Part shown: positions 41,762 through 52,800 of the stretch, in pieces
Position numbering within the stretch: position 1 is the stretch's first letter
Layout: each line of letters starts with the position of its first letter
Origin: Candidatus Eiseniibacteriota bacterium
GTDB taxonomy: Bacteria > Eisenbacteria > RBG-16-71-46 > CAVPCR01
DNA length: 64,000 bases
NCBI GenBank assembly: GCA_963823555.1
Contig: CAWGMA010000004.1
Span: 352,001-416,000 of the forward strand
Direction: 5' to 3'
Program-made: the position numbers and the translations under genes
The notes under the pieces: model-generated
Told to the model about the DNA's origin: nothing
The model's input: the letters and a program-made list of their open reading frames with translations, nothing else
Databases searched by the model: none

Positions 41762-42775
41762 CTACTTGAGCTTCTTCGCCATCATCGCCGCCAGGTCGGC
41801 CGTGCGGCACGCATACCCCCATTCGTTGTCGTACCAGGCGACCAGCTTGACCATGTTGCCGAGGACGAGGGTGTCGGGGGCGCTGAAGGTCGACGATGCC
41901 GTGCTGCCGCGGAGGTCCGTCGAGACCAGGGGCTCATCGGTGACTTCGAGGATTCCCTTCATCGGGCCGTTGGCATACTCGAGCATCGCCTGCCGGATCT
42001 CGTCCGCGGTCGCCTCGCGCCTCAGGATGGCGGTGAAGTCGATGACCGACACCGTCGGCGTGGGAATCCGGAAGGCCATCCCCCCGAACTTGCCCTTCAG
42101 CTCCGGGATGACGAGGCCGACGGCCTTGGCGGCGCCGGTCGAGGACGGGACGATGTTCTGCGCCGCGGCGCGCGCGTCGCGCAGATCCTTGGCGCCGACG
42201 TCTTGCAGCTTCTGCGAGTTGGTGTAGGCATGGACGGTGGTGAGGAGCCCCTTCTCGATGCCAAAGCGGTCGTTCAGGACCTTGGCGACCGGAGCCAGGC
42301 CATTGGTGGTGCACGAGGCGTTCGACACCACATGGTGCTTGGCCGAGTCGTACATCTGATCATTGACGCCGAGGACCATCGTCAGATCCTCGTTCTTCCC
42401 CGGGGCGGAGATGATGACCTTCCTGGCGCCGCCGGAATCGATGTGGGCCCGGGACTTGGTGGCATCGGTGAACAGGCCCGTGGACTCGATGACGACCTCG
42501 ACTCCCATCTCCTTCCACTTGATGGCACCCGGATCGCGCTCCGCGGTCACCGTGATCGTCTTGCCGTCGATGACGATGTGGCCGTCCTTGGTCCCCACCT
42601 TTCCGGCGAAGGGGCCGTAGGTCGAGTCGTACTTGAACAGGTGGGCATTGGTCGCGGCATCGAAGAGATCGTTGACCGCAACGACCTGGAGCTCCTTGGG
42701 ATAGCGCTCGCTCATGGCGCGGAGCACGAGGCGTCCGATGCGACCGAACCCGTTGATCCCGATCTTGGCGGGCAT
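41762..42775 (-). CDS. gap: Type I glyceraldehyde-3-phosphate dehydrogenase
   Basis: [35 protein letters not shown]. Confidence 0.98.
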   Translation of the reverse strand: MPAKIGINGFGRIGRLVLRAMSERYPKELQVVAVNDLFDAATNAHLFKYDSTYGPFAGKVGTKDGHIVIDGKTITVTAERDPGAIKWKEMGVEVVIESTGLFTDATKSRAHIDSGGARKVIISAPGKNEDLTMVLGVNDQMYDSAKHHVVSNASCTTNGLAPVAKVLNDRFGIEKGLLTTVHAYTNSQKLQDVGAKDLRDARAAAQNIVPSSTGAAKAVGLVIPELKGKFGGMAFRIPTPTVSVIDFTAILRREATADEIRQAMLEYANGPMKGILEVTDEPLVSTDLRGSTASSTFSAPDTLVLGNMVKLVAWYDNEWGYACRTADLAAMMAKKLK

Positions 42776-42898
42776 GGGCCTAACCTCCTGTTTGGCGGCT
42801 TGTGTCCATTGAGACGCTGTGGCTGGGCGGATCCTTCCCTGGCGGCCCCGCTCGAGCCCCGCCGGCGAGCGGGGCGCACGACTTCACAAGGGGCGGCC

Positions 42899-42927
42899 AG
42901 TATAGGTCAAGCGGCCCGGATTCCCAA
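42899..42927 (-). promoter_or_regulatory. Candidate sigma70 promoter of gap
   Basis: Minus strand TTGGGA-N17-TATACT. Confidence 0.5.
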
Positions 42928-43042
42928 TCTGCTAAGATCGACAAGTCTCGGTCCCTCTTCCCGGCTTGGCGGAGACACGCCGCGGTGCTCCCCTCCTCCC
43001 AGGAAGTCCCGGTTCGCAAACAGCAGCACATCCGGAGGTCTC

Positions 43043-43474
43043 ATGTTCAGGGCGATTCGCCATGCGGTCGTTTTGCTGGGCATTGTCGGTCTCGTCGGTT
43101 CCCTCGCCGCCCTCGCGGCGGTGGATTCCCCCTCTGATCCCGAACCCGCTACAAAGGTCGAGCATTCGACCATCGTCCCGGCTCCCGCCGGACTGACGGC
43201 GCAGGAAGTCCTCAAGACGCAGTCGGTGCCTCAAGCCCCCGCTGCCGCCGCGCAGGGAGTGCCTGCCCCGGGCCTGGTGCTAGGGACGAAAGAACGCGAC
43301 GTGTCGACCATCGAGATCCGCACCGCCGTCGGTCCGAGCCCCGAGGATCTGGCAAAGCTCGCCGCGGTCCGTTCCGCGGCTCCCCCAGACGCCCCGGTCG
43401 CATCCCCGTCTACCGCAGCCGCTCCGACCCCGACGGCTCCGGCCGCCCCAACCGACAACGCCAGCGGCGAATAG
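43043..43474 (+). CDS. Small secreted Pro/Ala-rich hypothetical protein
   Basis: GGAGG RBS, ATG at 43043, signal-peptide-like N-terminus; stops 14 nt before the protease gene. Confidence 0.65.
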   Translation: MFRAIRHAVVLLGIVGLVGSLAALAAVDSPSDPEPATKVEHSTIVPAPAGLTAQEVLKTQSVPQAPAAAAQGVPAPGLVLGTKERDVSTIEIRTAVGPSPEDLAKLAAVRSAAPPDAPVASPSTAAAPTPTAPAAPTDNASGE

Positions 43475-43488
43475 GAGAGGAACACACC

Positions 43489-46400
43489 ATGCGTGCCATC
43501 TCCCATGTTGTAGCGCGCCTTGGCGCCGGTGTCGTCGTGTCTCTCCTCGCCCTGGTTCTGATCCTCGCCGCTCCCGCGGCGACCGCCGGCATCATCGATC
43601 CTGCGTTCGATGATCATCTCGATACCTTGCCTGCGGATGCCAAGGTCTCGGTTCTCATCTACCTTGCCGATCAGGTTCCGATCGCCAGTCTCGATGCGGA
43701 GCTCAGGGCCGAAGAGGCCACACTCCCCGAGCGGCACGAACGCGTGATCACCGATCTCCGCGCCGTGGCCGAGGCGACGCAGGGCCCGCTCCGCGCCGAG
43801 CTCGAGGCTCGAAGGAGCACGGCCGCGGTCACCGACTACACGCCCTACTGGATCGCCAACCTGATCGTGGCCGAGATGACGGTCGCTGCGGTGCGCGAGA
43901 TCGCCGCCCGTCCCGACGTCGGCATCGTCTACGCCAACTTCACCGCCTCGCTCATCGAGCCGGTGGGCGGCACTCCCAAGGCCGACGATCCGGCCGGTGC
44001 CGGGCCTCAGGGCATCGGTGTCACGCCGGGTCTGCGTGCCATCAACGCGACACGGGTGTGGTACGAGCTCGGCATCAACGGCAGCGGCCGCCTCGTCGGC
44101 GGGCTGGACACGGGCGTCATGGGCACGCACGTCGCCCTTGCCTCGCGCTGGCGCGGCAATCAGGGTGGTATCCCCTGGCAGTGGGCCTGGCGGGACCTGA
44201 TCGGGACCAACACCACGACCCCCATCGACACCAACGGCCACGGCACCCACACCATGGGCACCATGGTCGGGCTCGGCGCCACCACCCAGGACACGGTCGG
44301 CGTGGCCTGGGCCGCGCAGTGGATCGCCTGCAACGCCATCAACCAGGGCGTCGGCAGCGCGTTCGACAATGACATCATCAATGCCTTCCAGTGGTTCGCC
44401 GATCCTGACGGCAATCCGCAGACCTCGAACGACGTGCCCGATGTGTTGCAGAACTCGTGGCGGATCAACGAGAACTTCCCGGGCGGCTACACGGACTGCG
44501 ATCCCCGCTGGTGGGCGGTGATGGATGCCCTCGAGGCCGCCGGCTGCGCGGTCGTGTTCTCGGCGGGCAACGAGGGGCCCTCCGCCCAGACCATCGGTTC
44601 ACCGCCCGATCGCATCACGACCCTCACCAACGCCTATGCGGTGGGTGCCGTCGACGCCACCAGCTTCCCGTTCCCGTATCCGATCGCGAGCTTCTCGAGC
44701 CGCGGACCCTCGGGATGCGCGGGGTCGACGCAGCAGCGCATCAAGCCGGAGGTGGTGGCTCCTGGCGTCACGGTCTACTCATCCACCAACAACGGCGGGT
44801 ACCAGCAGAGCGGCTGGAACGGCACATCGATGGCCGGCCCGCACGTGTCGGGCGTGATGGCCCTGATGCGGCAAGCCAATCCGAACATCGACGTCGTGAC
44901 CATGAAGAACATCGTCATGAGCACGGCGCGCGATCTCGGCACGGCGGGCGAGGACAACACGTACGGTTGGGGCGTCATCGACGCCTACGCCGCGGTGCGC
45001 CAGGCGCTCCTGTGTGGCACTCCGGTCGAGCTCGCCTCCGGGGTCAGCGCGCCGACGACCGCGCCGGCCAGCTACCACCGGTTCAACCAGCCGACGATCT
45101 ACTGGTCGGCGGCGGCGGTTCGCGGGGACGATCCGGCGGCTGACTACGACATCGGTGTCTACCAGAACGGGACCGGCGGCCCGGGCGATTTCTGCTTCAG
45201 CGGTCCCCTCGCCTCCTCGACCTACGTGGCCGGGACCACTGATTTCGTGATCGGGGACTTCAACCACAACCCGCTCGGCAACTACTACGTGCACTCCTAC
45301 CGTTACTCGGGGACCGGCAATGCCCGCACCGAGTGGGACAACGGCGCGGATCAGCTCGTCGTGAACGGGGCCTGGCCCCAGCGGACGACTGACGCCTCGG
45401 ATCTCATCGAGGTCTGGGATGTGTTCCTCGAGGCGGGGAAGACCTACTCCGTCTACTTCAACGGCTACGGTGCCAGCATGAAGCTGCTTCTGTACCGCAA
45501 TTCGGGGAGCACCTATTGGGTCTCGCGCAGCCTGCGGGAACTGGAGATGTCCTTCGGGGTGTCCACCTACACCCCGCCGGTGAGCGACTGGCACGGTTTG
45601 GTCGTGGCGAACGACGACGGCGGGACCGGCGCCTACGAGCTCGGTATCGGCGCCTGTGAAGCGCCGGTGGCCCTCGCGAGCGGGGTCAGCGTGCCGACAC
45701 CGCAGATCGCCGGTCTCTACAGCTTCAATCAGCAGGCCGGTTACTGGTCGGCGGTCGGTGTGCGGTCGGTGGGTTCCGACTGGGATCTCGGCGTCTATCA
45801 GAATCCGTCGGGCGGGAACTGGCCGGTCTGTCTCAGCGGCACTCTCGGGACGTCGACTCGGGTCGCGGGCGTCGACTTCGTGATCGGCGACTTCAACTCC
45901 GGGCAGAATCCGCTCGGCACCTACTATGCGAGCGCATATCGCTTCTCGGGGCCCGATGATGCGGTCACGGAGTGGGACGACGGCGTCGATGCGATCGGGG
46001 TGGGGAATCCTCCTCTCATCCGTACCACCGGTCCCGGCGATGTGCTCGAGGTCTGGGACGTGTTCCTCCTGCAGGGAACCGACTACGACTTCTTCTTCGA
46101 ACGGATCGGCGGCGGCGATACCAAGCTCCTCCTGTTCCAGAGCTTTGGCGGTGCCTACTGGACCGGACGCAACAGCGCTGTGTTCGAGACCGCGAGCCTG
46201 CACACGCCGTTCACCGCACCGGCGACCGACTGGTACGGGGTCGTCGTCGTCAACGACGATGGACAGAACGGGCAGTACCGCCTCGGCATCTCGCCGGCCT
46301 CGGCGGCGGTGGCCGACGGTGGCGCCGGCGCTCCGCCGGCGGCCACACGGCTGCGTCCCGTGGTGCCCAACCCGAGCTCGGGCGAGGTCCAGATCGGCTT

Positions 46401-46620
46401 CGATCTGGCGGAACCGGGTGAGGTGGATCTGACGATTCACGACGTCACCGGCCGCGCCGTGGTCTCACTGCCGGCGCGCACCTGGGGGGCGGGGAGCTGG
46501 GAGATGCGCTGGAACGGCAAGGACGCCGGCGGTCGCCCGTTGCCGGCCGGCGTCTACTGGGTGCGGATGGCGATTGGCTCCCGCGAGGTCGGGCAGTCGA
46601 AGCTCCTCCTCGTGCGCTGA
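43489..46620 (+). CDS. Secreted S8 (subtilisin/bacillopeptidase F-like) serine protease with tandem repeat and FlgD-Ig-like C-terminal domain
   Basis: Triad GLDTG, HGTHTMG, GTSMAGPHV; SAGN; propeptide; ends PNPS...WNGKD.GG...AGVYWVR...KLLLVR. Confidence 0.93.
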   Translation: MRAISHVVARLGAGVVVSLLALVLILAAPAATAGIIDPAFDDHLDTLPADAKVSVLIYLADQVPIASLDAELRAEEATLPERHERVITDLRAVAEATQGPLRAELEARRSTAAVTDYTPYWIANLIVAEMTVAAVREIAARPDVGIVYANFTASLIEPVGGTPKADDPAGAGPQGIGVTPGLRAINATRVWYELGINGSGRLVGGLDTGVMGTHVALASRWRGNQGGIPWQWAWRDLIGTNTTTPIDTNGHGTHTMGTMVGLGATTQDTVGVAWAAQWIACNAINQGVGSAFDNDIINAFQWFADPDGNPQTSNDVPDVLQNSWRINENFPGGYTDCDPRWWAVMDALEAAGCAVVFSAGNEGPSAQTIGSPPDRITTLTNAYAVGAVDATSFPFPYPIASFSSRGPSGCAGSTQQRIKPEVVAPGVTVYSSTNNGGYQQSGWNGTSMAGPHVSGVMALMRQANPNIDVVTMKNIVMSTARDLGTAGEDNTYGWGVIDAYAAVRQALLCGTPVELASGVSAPTTAPASYHRFNQPTIYWSAAAVRGDDPAADYDIGVYQNGTGGPGDFCFSGPLASSTYVAGTTDFVIGDFNHNPLGNYYVHSYRYSGTGNARTEWDNGADQLVVNGAWPQRTTDASDLIEVWDVFLEAGKTYSVYFNGYGASMKLLLYRNSGSTYWVSRSLRELEMSFGVSTYTPPVSDWHGLVVANDDGGTGAYELGIGACEAPVALASGVSVPTPQIAGLYSFNQQAGYWSAVGVRSVGSDWDLGVYQNPSGGNWPVCLSGTLGTSTRVAGVDFVIGDFNSGQNPLGTYYASAYRFSGPDDAVTEWDDGVDAIGVGNPPLIRTTGPGDVLEVWDVFLLQGTDYDFFFERIGGGDTKLLLFQSFGGAYWTGRNSAVFETASLHTPFTAPATDWYGVVVVNDDGQNGQYRLGISPASAAVADGGAGAPPAATRLRPVVPNPSSGEVQIGFDLAEPGEVDLTIHDVTGRAVVSLPARTWGAGSWEMRWNGKDAGGRPLPAGVYWVRMAIGSREVGQSKLLLVR
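45013..46290 (+). repeat. Two tandem copies of a ~214-aa domain inside the protease
   Basis: Copies start at Cys codons 45013 and 45655 (642 nt apart); they share LASGVS, FNQ...YWSA, DFVIGDFN, TEWD.G.D, EVWDVFL, NDDG..G.Y.LGI. Confidence 0.85.
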
Positions 46621-46661
46621 TCGGACGCGAGGTCCCGATGGTCGCCGTCGGGGCGTGAATG

Positions 46662-46698
46662 AGGGCCGGTGTCCGCCTGGACGCCGGCCCTTTTTTCT
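46662..46698 (+). terminator. Rho-independent terminator after the protease
   Basis: AGGGCCGGTGTCC-GCCT-GGACGCCGGCCCT hairpin followed by a T run. Confidence 0.85.
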
Positions 46699-46814
46699 CT
46701 CTCATGCGGGTGGCGCAATCCGCGGCTCGATCGCTATACTACGCCGGCCACGGAGCCGACCGGTTTCCGGCCAGTGGCCGCCGCCGAGCGCGGCCCGAGC
46801 GGAAGGGAGGGAGG

Positions 46815-47599
46815 TTGGAGTACTTCGATGCGTCACGTTTGAACGCACTTCTGCTGTTCATCTTCTTCTGCGTGGTCGTGACTCGGCTTCATCCTCAAGG
46901 CCCATGGCGGCCAGCACCTCTTCATCCGCCGCATCGCCGGCCTCAACGCCATCGACGAGGCGGTCGGCCGCGCCACCGAGCTGGGCAAGAAGGTCCTCTA
47001 CGTCCCCGGCATCATGTCGATCGACGAGAACCAGACGATCGCCTCCCTCGCGGTTCTCACCCACGTCGCCCGCATGACGGCCCGCTACGGCACCGATCTC
47101 GACGTTCCCAACAAGGACCCGCTCACCTTCGCCTCCGCCCGCGAGACGGTCAAGGAGGCCTACATGCAGGAGGGGCGGCCCGACCTCTACAACGAGTCGA
47201 TGGTCCACTACGTGACCTACGACCAGTTCGCCTACACCGCCGCGGTCTCGGGCATCATGGTGCGCGAGAACGCCCGGCGGCGAACTTCCTGATCGGCTCC
47301 TTCTACGCCGAATCGCTGCTCCTGGCCGAGACCGGACAGGCGAGCGGCGCCATCCAGATCGCCGGCACCGCCGAGGTCGCGCAGCTCCCGTTCTTCGTCT
47401 GCGCCTGCGACTACACGCTGATCGGCGAGGAGCTCTACGCCGCCGGCGCCTACCTCTCGCGGCGAGCCGGCCATGCTCGGCAGCATCAAGGGGCAGGACT
47501 GGACCAAGGCGGCGGTCGGCGCCGCCATCATCCTCGGTGCCATCCTCCAGACCCTTCACGTGTGGCCTTCTTTCCAGCGCTTCTTCTCCGTTTCAATAG
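46815..47599 (+). CDS. DUF6754-like membrane protein (frameshifted in this assembly)
   Basis: GGAGG RBS and TTG at 46815; fragments read FIRRIAGLNAIDEAVGRATELGK, QFAYTAAVSG, G.FYAESLLLAETG, GAIQIAGT, QLPFFV.ACDYTLIGEELYAAGAYLS. Confidence 0.65.
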
Positions 47600-47612
47600 G
47601 CGGAGGACACCG

Positions 47613-48291
47613 ATGTTCTTGCGACTGCAGGCTCCCGCTGGTCTTGACGTTCATCGCCGGCCTGATCCCGATCGTCGCCTTCTTCTTCAAGGACGAGGCG
47701 ACCGTGATCAAGGGGCCCGCCAACTGGCTCGAGCAGGACATGGTGATCATCGCCGGGTTCGCCCTCTTGCTCGGCGTCGTCAACGTCGATCCAGAGCAAC
47801 TCGCGAAAGATCGAGCGGCGGGAGAAGGGATGGCTCTACGCCGCCGTGCTGCTGGCCGGGATGGTCGATCATCGGCTTCGCCGGGATCCTGGGCGCCTTC
47901 CGCGCCTTCGGCCTGCCCGGGGATCGGCAACTACCCGGACGGCACGCCGACCCCCTTCGGCTGGGCGGCGAACTACCTCTTCACGCCGCTCCAGGCGACC
48001 ATGTTCAGCCTCCTCGCCTTCTACATTGCCTCCGCCGCCTTCCGCGCCTTCCGCGTGCGCAACGTCGAGGCGACGATTCTCCTGATCGCGGCGGTGGTCG
48101 TCATGCTGGGCCGGATTCCGCTCGGGGAGCGGCGCTCGTTCGGCCGCTTCACCGAATGGCTGATGCAGGTGCCGAACGGGGCGGCGCAGCGCGGCATCAT
48201 CATCGGGGCGGCGCTGGGGGCGGCCTCGCTCTCGCTCCGTGTCATCCTCGGGATCGAGCGCTCCTACCTGGGCCTCGAGAAGAGCGAGTAG
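47613..48291 (+). CDS. Hypothetical integral membrane protein (frameshifted)
   Basis: GGAGG RBS; PLQATMFSLLAFYIASAAFRAFRVRN.EA..LL, VPNGAAQRGIIIGAALG. Confidence 0.7.
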
Positions 48292-48300
48292 GGGGCGACC

Positions 48301-49197
48301 ATGGCAAACGCATGGTCTACGCGACTTGCAGACGATCGATCGGCGCTGGATCTTCCTCCTGATCGCCCTCGGCACGCTGGTCCCGATCGTCTGTCCCATC
48401 GGCTTCCCGGTGCGCGATCACGCCTCCGGTCAAGAGCGTCTACGACAAGATCGAGACCCTGGGGCCCGACGACGTGGTCATCCTCTCCTACGACTACGGC
48501 CCGACCACGGCTCCGGAGAACGATCCCGATGGCCGACGGCATCCTCCGCCACTGCTTCCTGCGCCGGGTGAAGGTGATCGCACTCGCCCTCTACCCGCTC
48601 GGCGGTCTCACCACGCTCAACAACTCGCTCAACCGGGTCCTCGGCGAGTTTCCCGGATCTCGAGTACGGGATCGACTACGTCAATCTCGGCTACAAGGAC
48701 GGCGGCCAGGCCTCGATGAAGCTCCTGGCCGAGAACTTCTCCGACGCCTTCCCCGCCGATACCAACGGCCGGCCGCTCGCGGAGCTCCCGCTGATGCAAC
48801 GGATCGCGGGTGCGCAGGAGGCCAAGCTCGCCGTTTCGGTCGCAACCGGGATCATCGGCGAGTGGTGGGCCAACCTGATCAACGCCCAGTTCGGTCTGCC
48901 GGTGGCCGTGGGCTGCACGGCGGTCTCGGCGCCCAAGTACTACGCCTATCTCGAGGCCGGTCAGATGATCGGTCTGATCGGCGGACTCAAGGGGGCCTCG
49001 GAGTACGAGAAGCTGCTCAAGGACAACTATCCACAGACGCGTGAGGCCTACGCCAACCCGTTGCTCCAGACGGCGAGCAAGGGGATGGACGCCCAGACCA
49101 TCGACCACGTGATCGTGATCGTGTTCATCGTGATCGGCAACATCGCTTACTTCTGGGACGCCGCGCCAGGTCGAGCGCCGGCGGAACCCGGGTGTAG
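48301..49197 (+). CDS. Hypothetical membrane-anchored protein (frameshifted)
   Basis: DRRWIFLL, SYDYGP, DYVNLGYKDG, GLIGGLKGASEYEKL, MDAQT..H..I; probable TAG at 49195-49197. Confidence 0.65.
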
Positions 49198-49211
49198 GGG
49201 AGGGGAAGTCG

Positions 49212-49876
49212 ATGCCAGCCTACCAACTGATCGGAACCTGGGTGGCGGCGCTCCTCACGCTCTGCCTGATGAGCTTCCTCTACCGGGACAATCCGATTCT
49301 TCCGCTTCGCGGAGGCTCTCTTCGCCGGGGTCTCGCTCGGCTACTACATCGGCATCACGCTCGACCAGACGCTGCGCCCGAACCTGGTCGAGCCCCTGAT
49401 GCAGCAGGGACTCACGCCCTCGAACTTCCATCTCCTCTTCGCCGGCCTGGTGGGGCTCAACCTCTACACGCGCTACATCCGCAAGATCGCCTGGTTCGCA
49501 CGATCGTCGCTGGCCATCTACGTCGGCTACTACGTCGGCGATCAACATGGTGCAGAAGCTCCAGGGCGAGGTGCTGCCCCAGAGCGCGGCCACCATGCTC
49601 GATCTCGCCGGGGGCGGCGCGGGAGGGCTCGCCGCCTTCAACAACATCGTGGTGTTCGTCGGCGTGCTCTCCGTTCTCGTCTACTTCTTCTTCTCGGTGG
49701 AACACAACGGGGGTGTGGGGAAGGTGAGCCGGCTCGGAATCTGGTTTCTCATGCTCGGATTCGGCGCCGCCTTCGGCTACACGGTCATGGGCCGCATCTC
49801 GCTCCTCATCGGGCGGTTCAACTTCCTCGTGATCGACTGGATCGGCGGGACGATGCGGGGACTCGGCGGAGGTTAG
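49212..49876 (+). CDS. Hypothetical integral membrane protein (frameshifted)
   Basis: TLCLMSFLYRDNP.FRFAE, LVYFFFSVEH, GIWFLMLGFGAAFGYTVMGRISLLIGR. Confidence 0.7.
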
Positions 49877-49885
49877 GAGGGGGTC

Positions 49886-52800
49886 GTGAACGGAACGTCG
49901 CTGGGTCGGCGCTCGGCGGGGGCCGTGTGCATCCTGTTGCTGATGGCCTTTGCAGCTCAGGGCATCGTGCTTGCGGACGAGGGCTGGGTGCCACCGGAGG
50001 AGCCTGATACCAAGTCCATGGGCTTTCCGCGCCACTGGCGGCCGAGCGTGGGTGCCATGCTCGACTGGGAGCGGCGCGGCCCGGGGAGCGAGCTGGGCGG
50101 CGAGATCCATGGCGCCATCTACAAGGATCTGATCAATCCCGCCACCAACGTCGCCGGAATCACTGGCGAGGGCTATGCAACCTGGGTGGATGACGACACG
50201 GATGGCGGGCTGCGTCTCTTCCTCTCGAGCCCGGCGGCCATGTTCCATCTCGGGCTCGACTACTCGTTCGGCAACGATCAGGTCGACTTCGTCTTCTCCC
50301 TGACTCCCGCCTTCCGCCGCGGCGGGCTCTTCGGTCTGGGCGATCACCTCAGGATCGACTGGTATCCCGAGCGCGACCACTCCTTCATGTTCGGGTTCGG
50401 CATTCCGCTCGAGAAGAACATGGGGAAGACCCGCCCCAAGGCGAAGAAGGTCACGCTGCCAAAGAAGTCGGGAAGCCCCTCCGATGAGATCGAGCTAGCA
50501 GCGGATGTGCAGAACGCCCTCGAGAATCTGGACCATGCCGCGAGATGGGTGCAGGTCTACACCGCTCCCTTCCTCGATCTGGAAATGGGCACCGATGAGA
50601 AGCGCCTCGCCGCGATCCAGGAGCGCATCGACGCGGCCAAGGCCCACTACCATCAGCAGGGCGACCTCTACCCGGCGGGGCACACGGCGGCTGCCGAGCG
50701 CGCGGTCTACCACCAGGAGCTCGAACGAGCGTTCGCGCTCGCCGGCGCCGGTGATGCAGCGGCCCATGTTGCCGCGGAAGCGCGGGCGATCCTCCTCGAT
50801 CAAGTCTTCGTGCCCTACAACCGCCTCCTCGGTCAGCGGAAGGAGCGGGACTCGCTCCTCGGCTATGCGGCCGACGCCGAGCGGGATTTCGCTGCCTGGC
50901 TCGAGACGACGCCGGAGATCGCTGCCAACAAGCGTCCCGCGCTGGCGCAGGTCTTCCATCAGGTGGTGCGGATTCTCGATGACTGCCGGGAACTGACCCA
51001 CAAGCGCTGGGAGGACTCGCGCCTGGTGTGGATGTCGCTCGACCTCGTGCTCCAGCCCGAGGATCACGACAGCCAGGGCGAGCTCGATGCCCTGCTGGCC
51101 AAGGTGGTCGACGAGCCCTTCTCGGACGCCAACGACATCCTCTATCTCAAGAACGAGCTCTTCCAGATCGAGCTCGCCAAGGGGGTGCTCGCCGCTCGCG
51201 ACTATCACGTCCTCTGGATTCACGACTACCGCGGCCTCAATGCAATCAAGGAGCCGGATCGCGTCGCCTTCTTGCAGACCGTGCAGGTCTACCTGCGCGC
51301 GCTGACGGAGAGGGTCCGCGAGTTCGACCAGACCAAGCAGCTCGCGAGTTACTTCATCTTTCTCGACCAGATGTACTACGAGGCCAACCAGGGCCAGCTG
51401 TGGCTCGCGCTGCTGGCCGATCCGCTCCATCATGAGGTCGATCTGCCCGAGGGATACGAGGACTGGGAAGCGGAGATCGAGAGCGCCCAGGAGAGTCTCC
51501 GTGCCGCCGTCGACAGCTCGGCCGCGCTCAGCGCGGGACGGGAGCTCTACGGCGACGATTGGCTCCGCAATCGGGTCTCGGTCCACGTCAACATCACCAA
51601 TCCCGCCGACGTCTCCTTCCGCAGTGATGACCTCGCCAAGTACATCAACTTCGCGCCCGATCTCGTCATGCGGGATCACCGCAAGATCGCCTTCTACGAC
51701 ATCAGCGAGCTCGATCCGGGGCGCGGCGCGGCGATCTTCACCGGCGAGGGAGTGGGGGAACACTACGCCGGCCCCACCTGGGACGACCGGGCCATGCTCG
51801 TGCGCGGCCCGGCGATCCTGGGCCTCAAGGAGGCGGCGCGGGATCTCCTTCGGTCTCAGGGATTCAAGGCGGAGGAGATCCCGGCCCCGTTCCGGGCGCA
51901 GGCCTTGCCCGATGACTACGACCTCAAGCTCGTCGCCTTGCGCGAGAAGGGCTGGCGGGCGACCGCGCTCCAGGTGCACAACGTGACGGGCTTCGGGCCC
52001 AAGGCCGCCACCGTGGCCAAGGCGGCGCAGTACAACCTGATGCCGGCCGGATCCTTCCTCATGATCCCGGATTCGCTGTGGAACTCGACGCTGTGGGGTT
52101 CGATGCTCTGCGGCGCCGCGCTTCGTGGCTGCCAGGTCGCGGTCGTCTGTCCGTCCCTCACCAACGCGCCGAGCGACGGTCTGCCGCAGATGTCGCGCAC
52201 GACCGAGCTGTATACACGATTCCTTCTGATCAACCGCGAGTTCGGCGACGAGCTCAGGGCCGCCGGCGGCTCGCTGCACACAGGCATCTACGATCACGAC
52301 GTGGCGTCCGGCGATCACGCTCGTAGCATGCGTATGCTGAGCGAGAACCTGGCCCGGAACGCCTTCCTGCGCCAGGCCTTCCCATTCGACGACGAGGTGA
52401 TCGCGGGCCTCGCCGCGATGGCGGACACGCTCGACGCAATGGGCTATTCAGAGCGACATCTGGCCGAGGATGTGCTCGAGCGCAAGCCCAAGCTCCATCT
52501 CAAGGTCCAGTTCATGGCCACGCGCGAAGTGATCCCCAATCTCGCTCCCCGCCCGGAGTGGCTGGACTTCCTCCGCGAATACACCATGGTCCACGTCCAG
52601 CAAGTTGAGGAGCGGGGCATGCCGGTCGACGCCCGCGGGATCCGGGAGGCGATCCGGGAGCCGGCGACGGCGCTCATCGAAAACTGGTGGCAGGGGTTGA
52701 CGAACGAGGAACGCGAGCACGCGGCCCTCTACATGACCATCGGCTCGCACAACCAGAACTACCGCTCCGTGATCATGGACGGCGAGGTGCTGGTGGCGGT

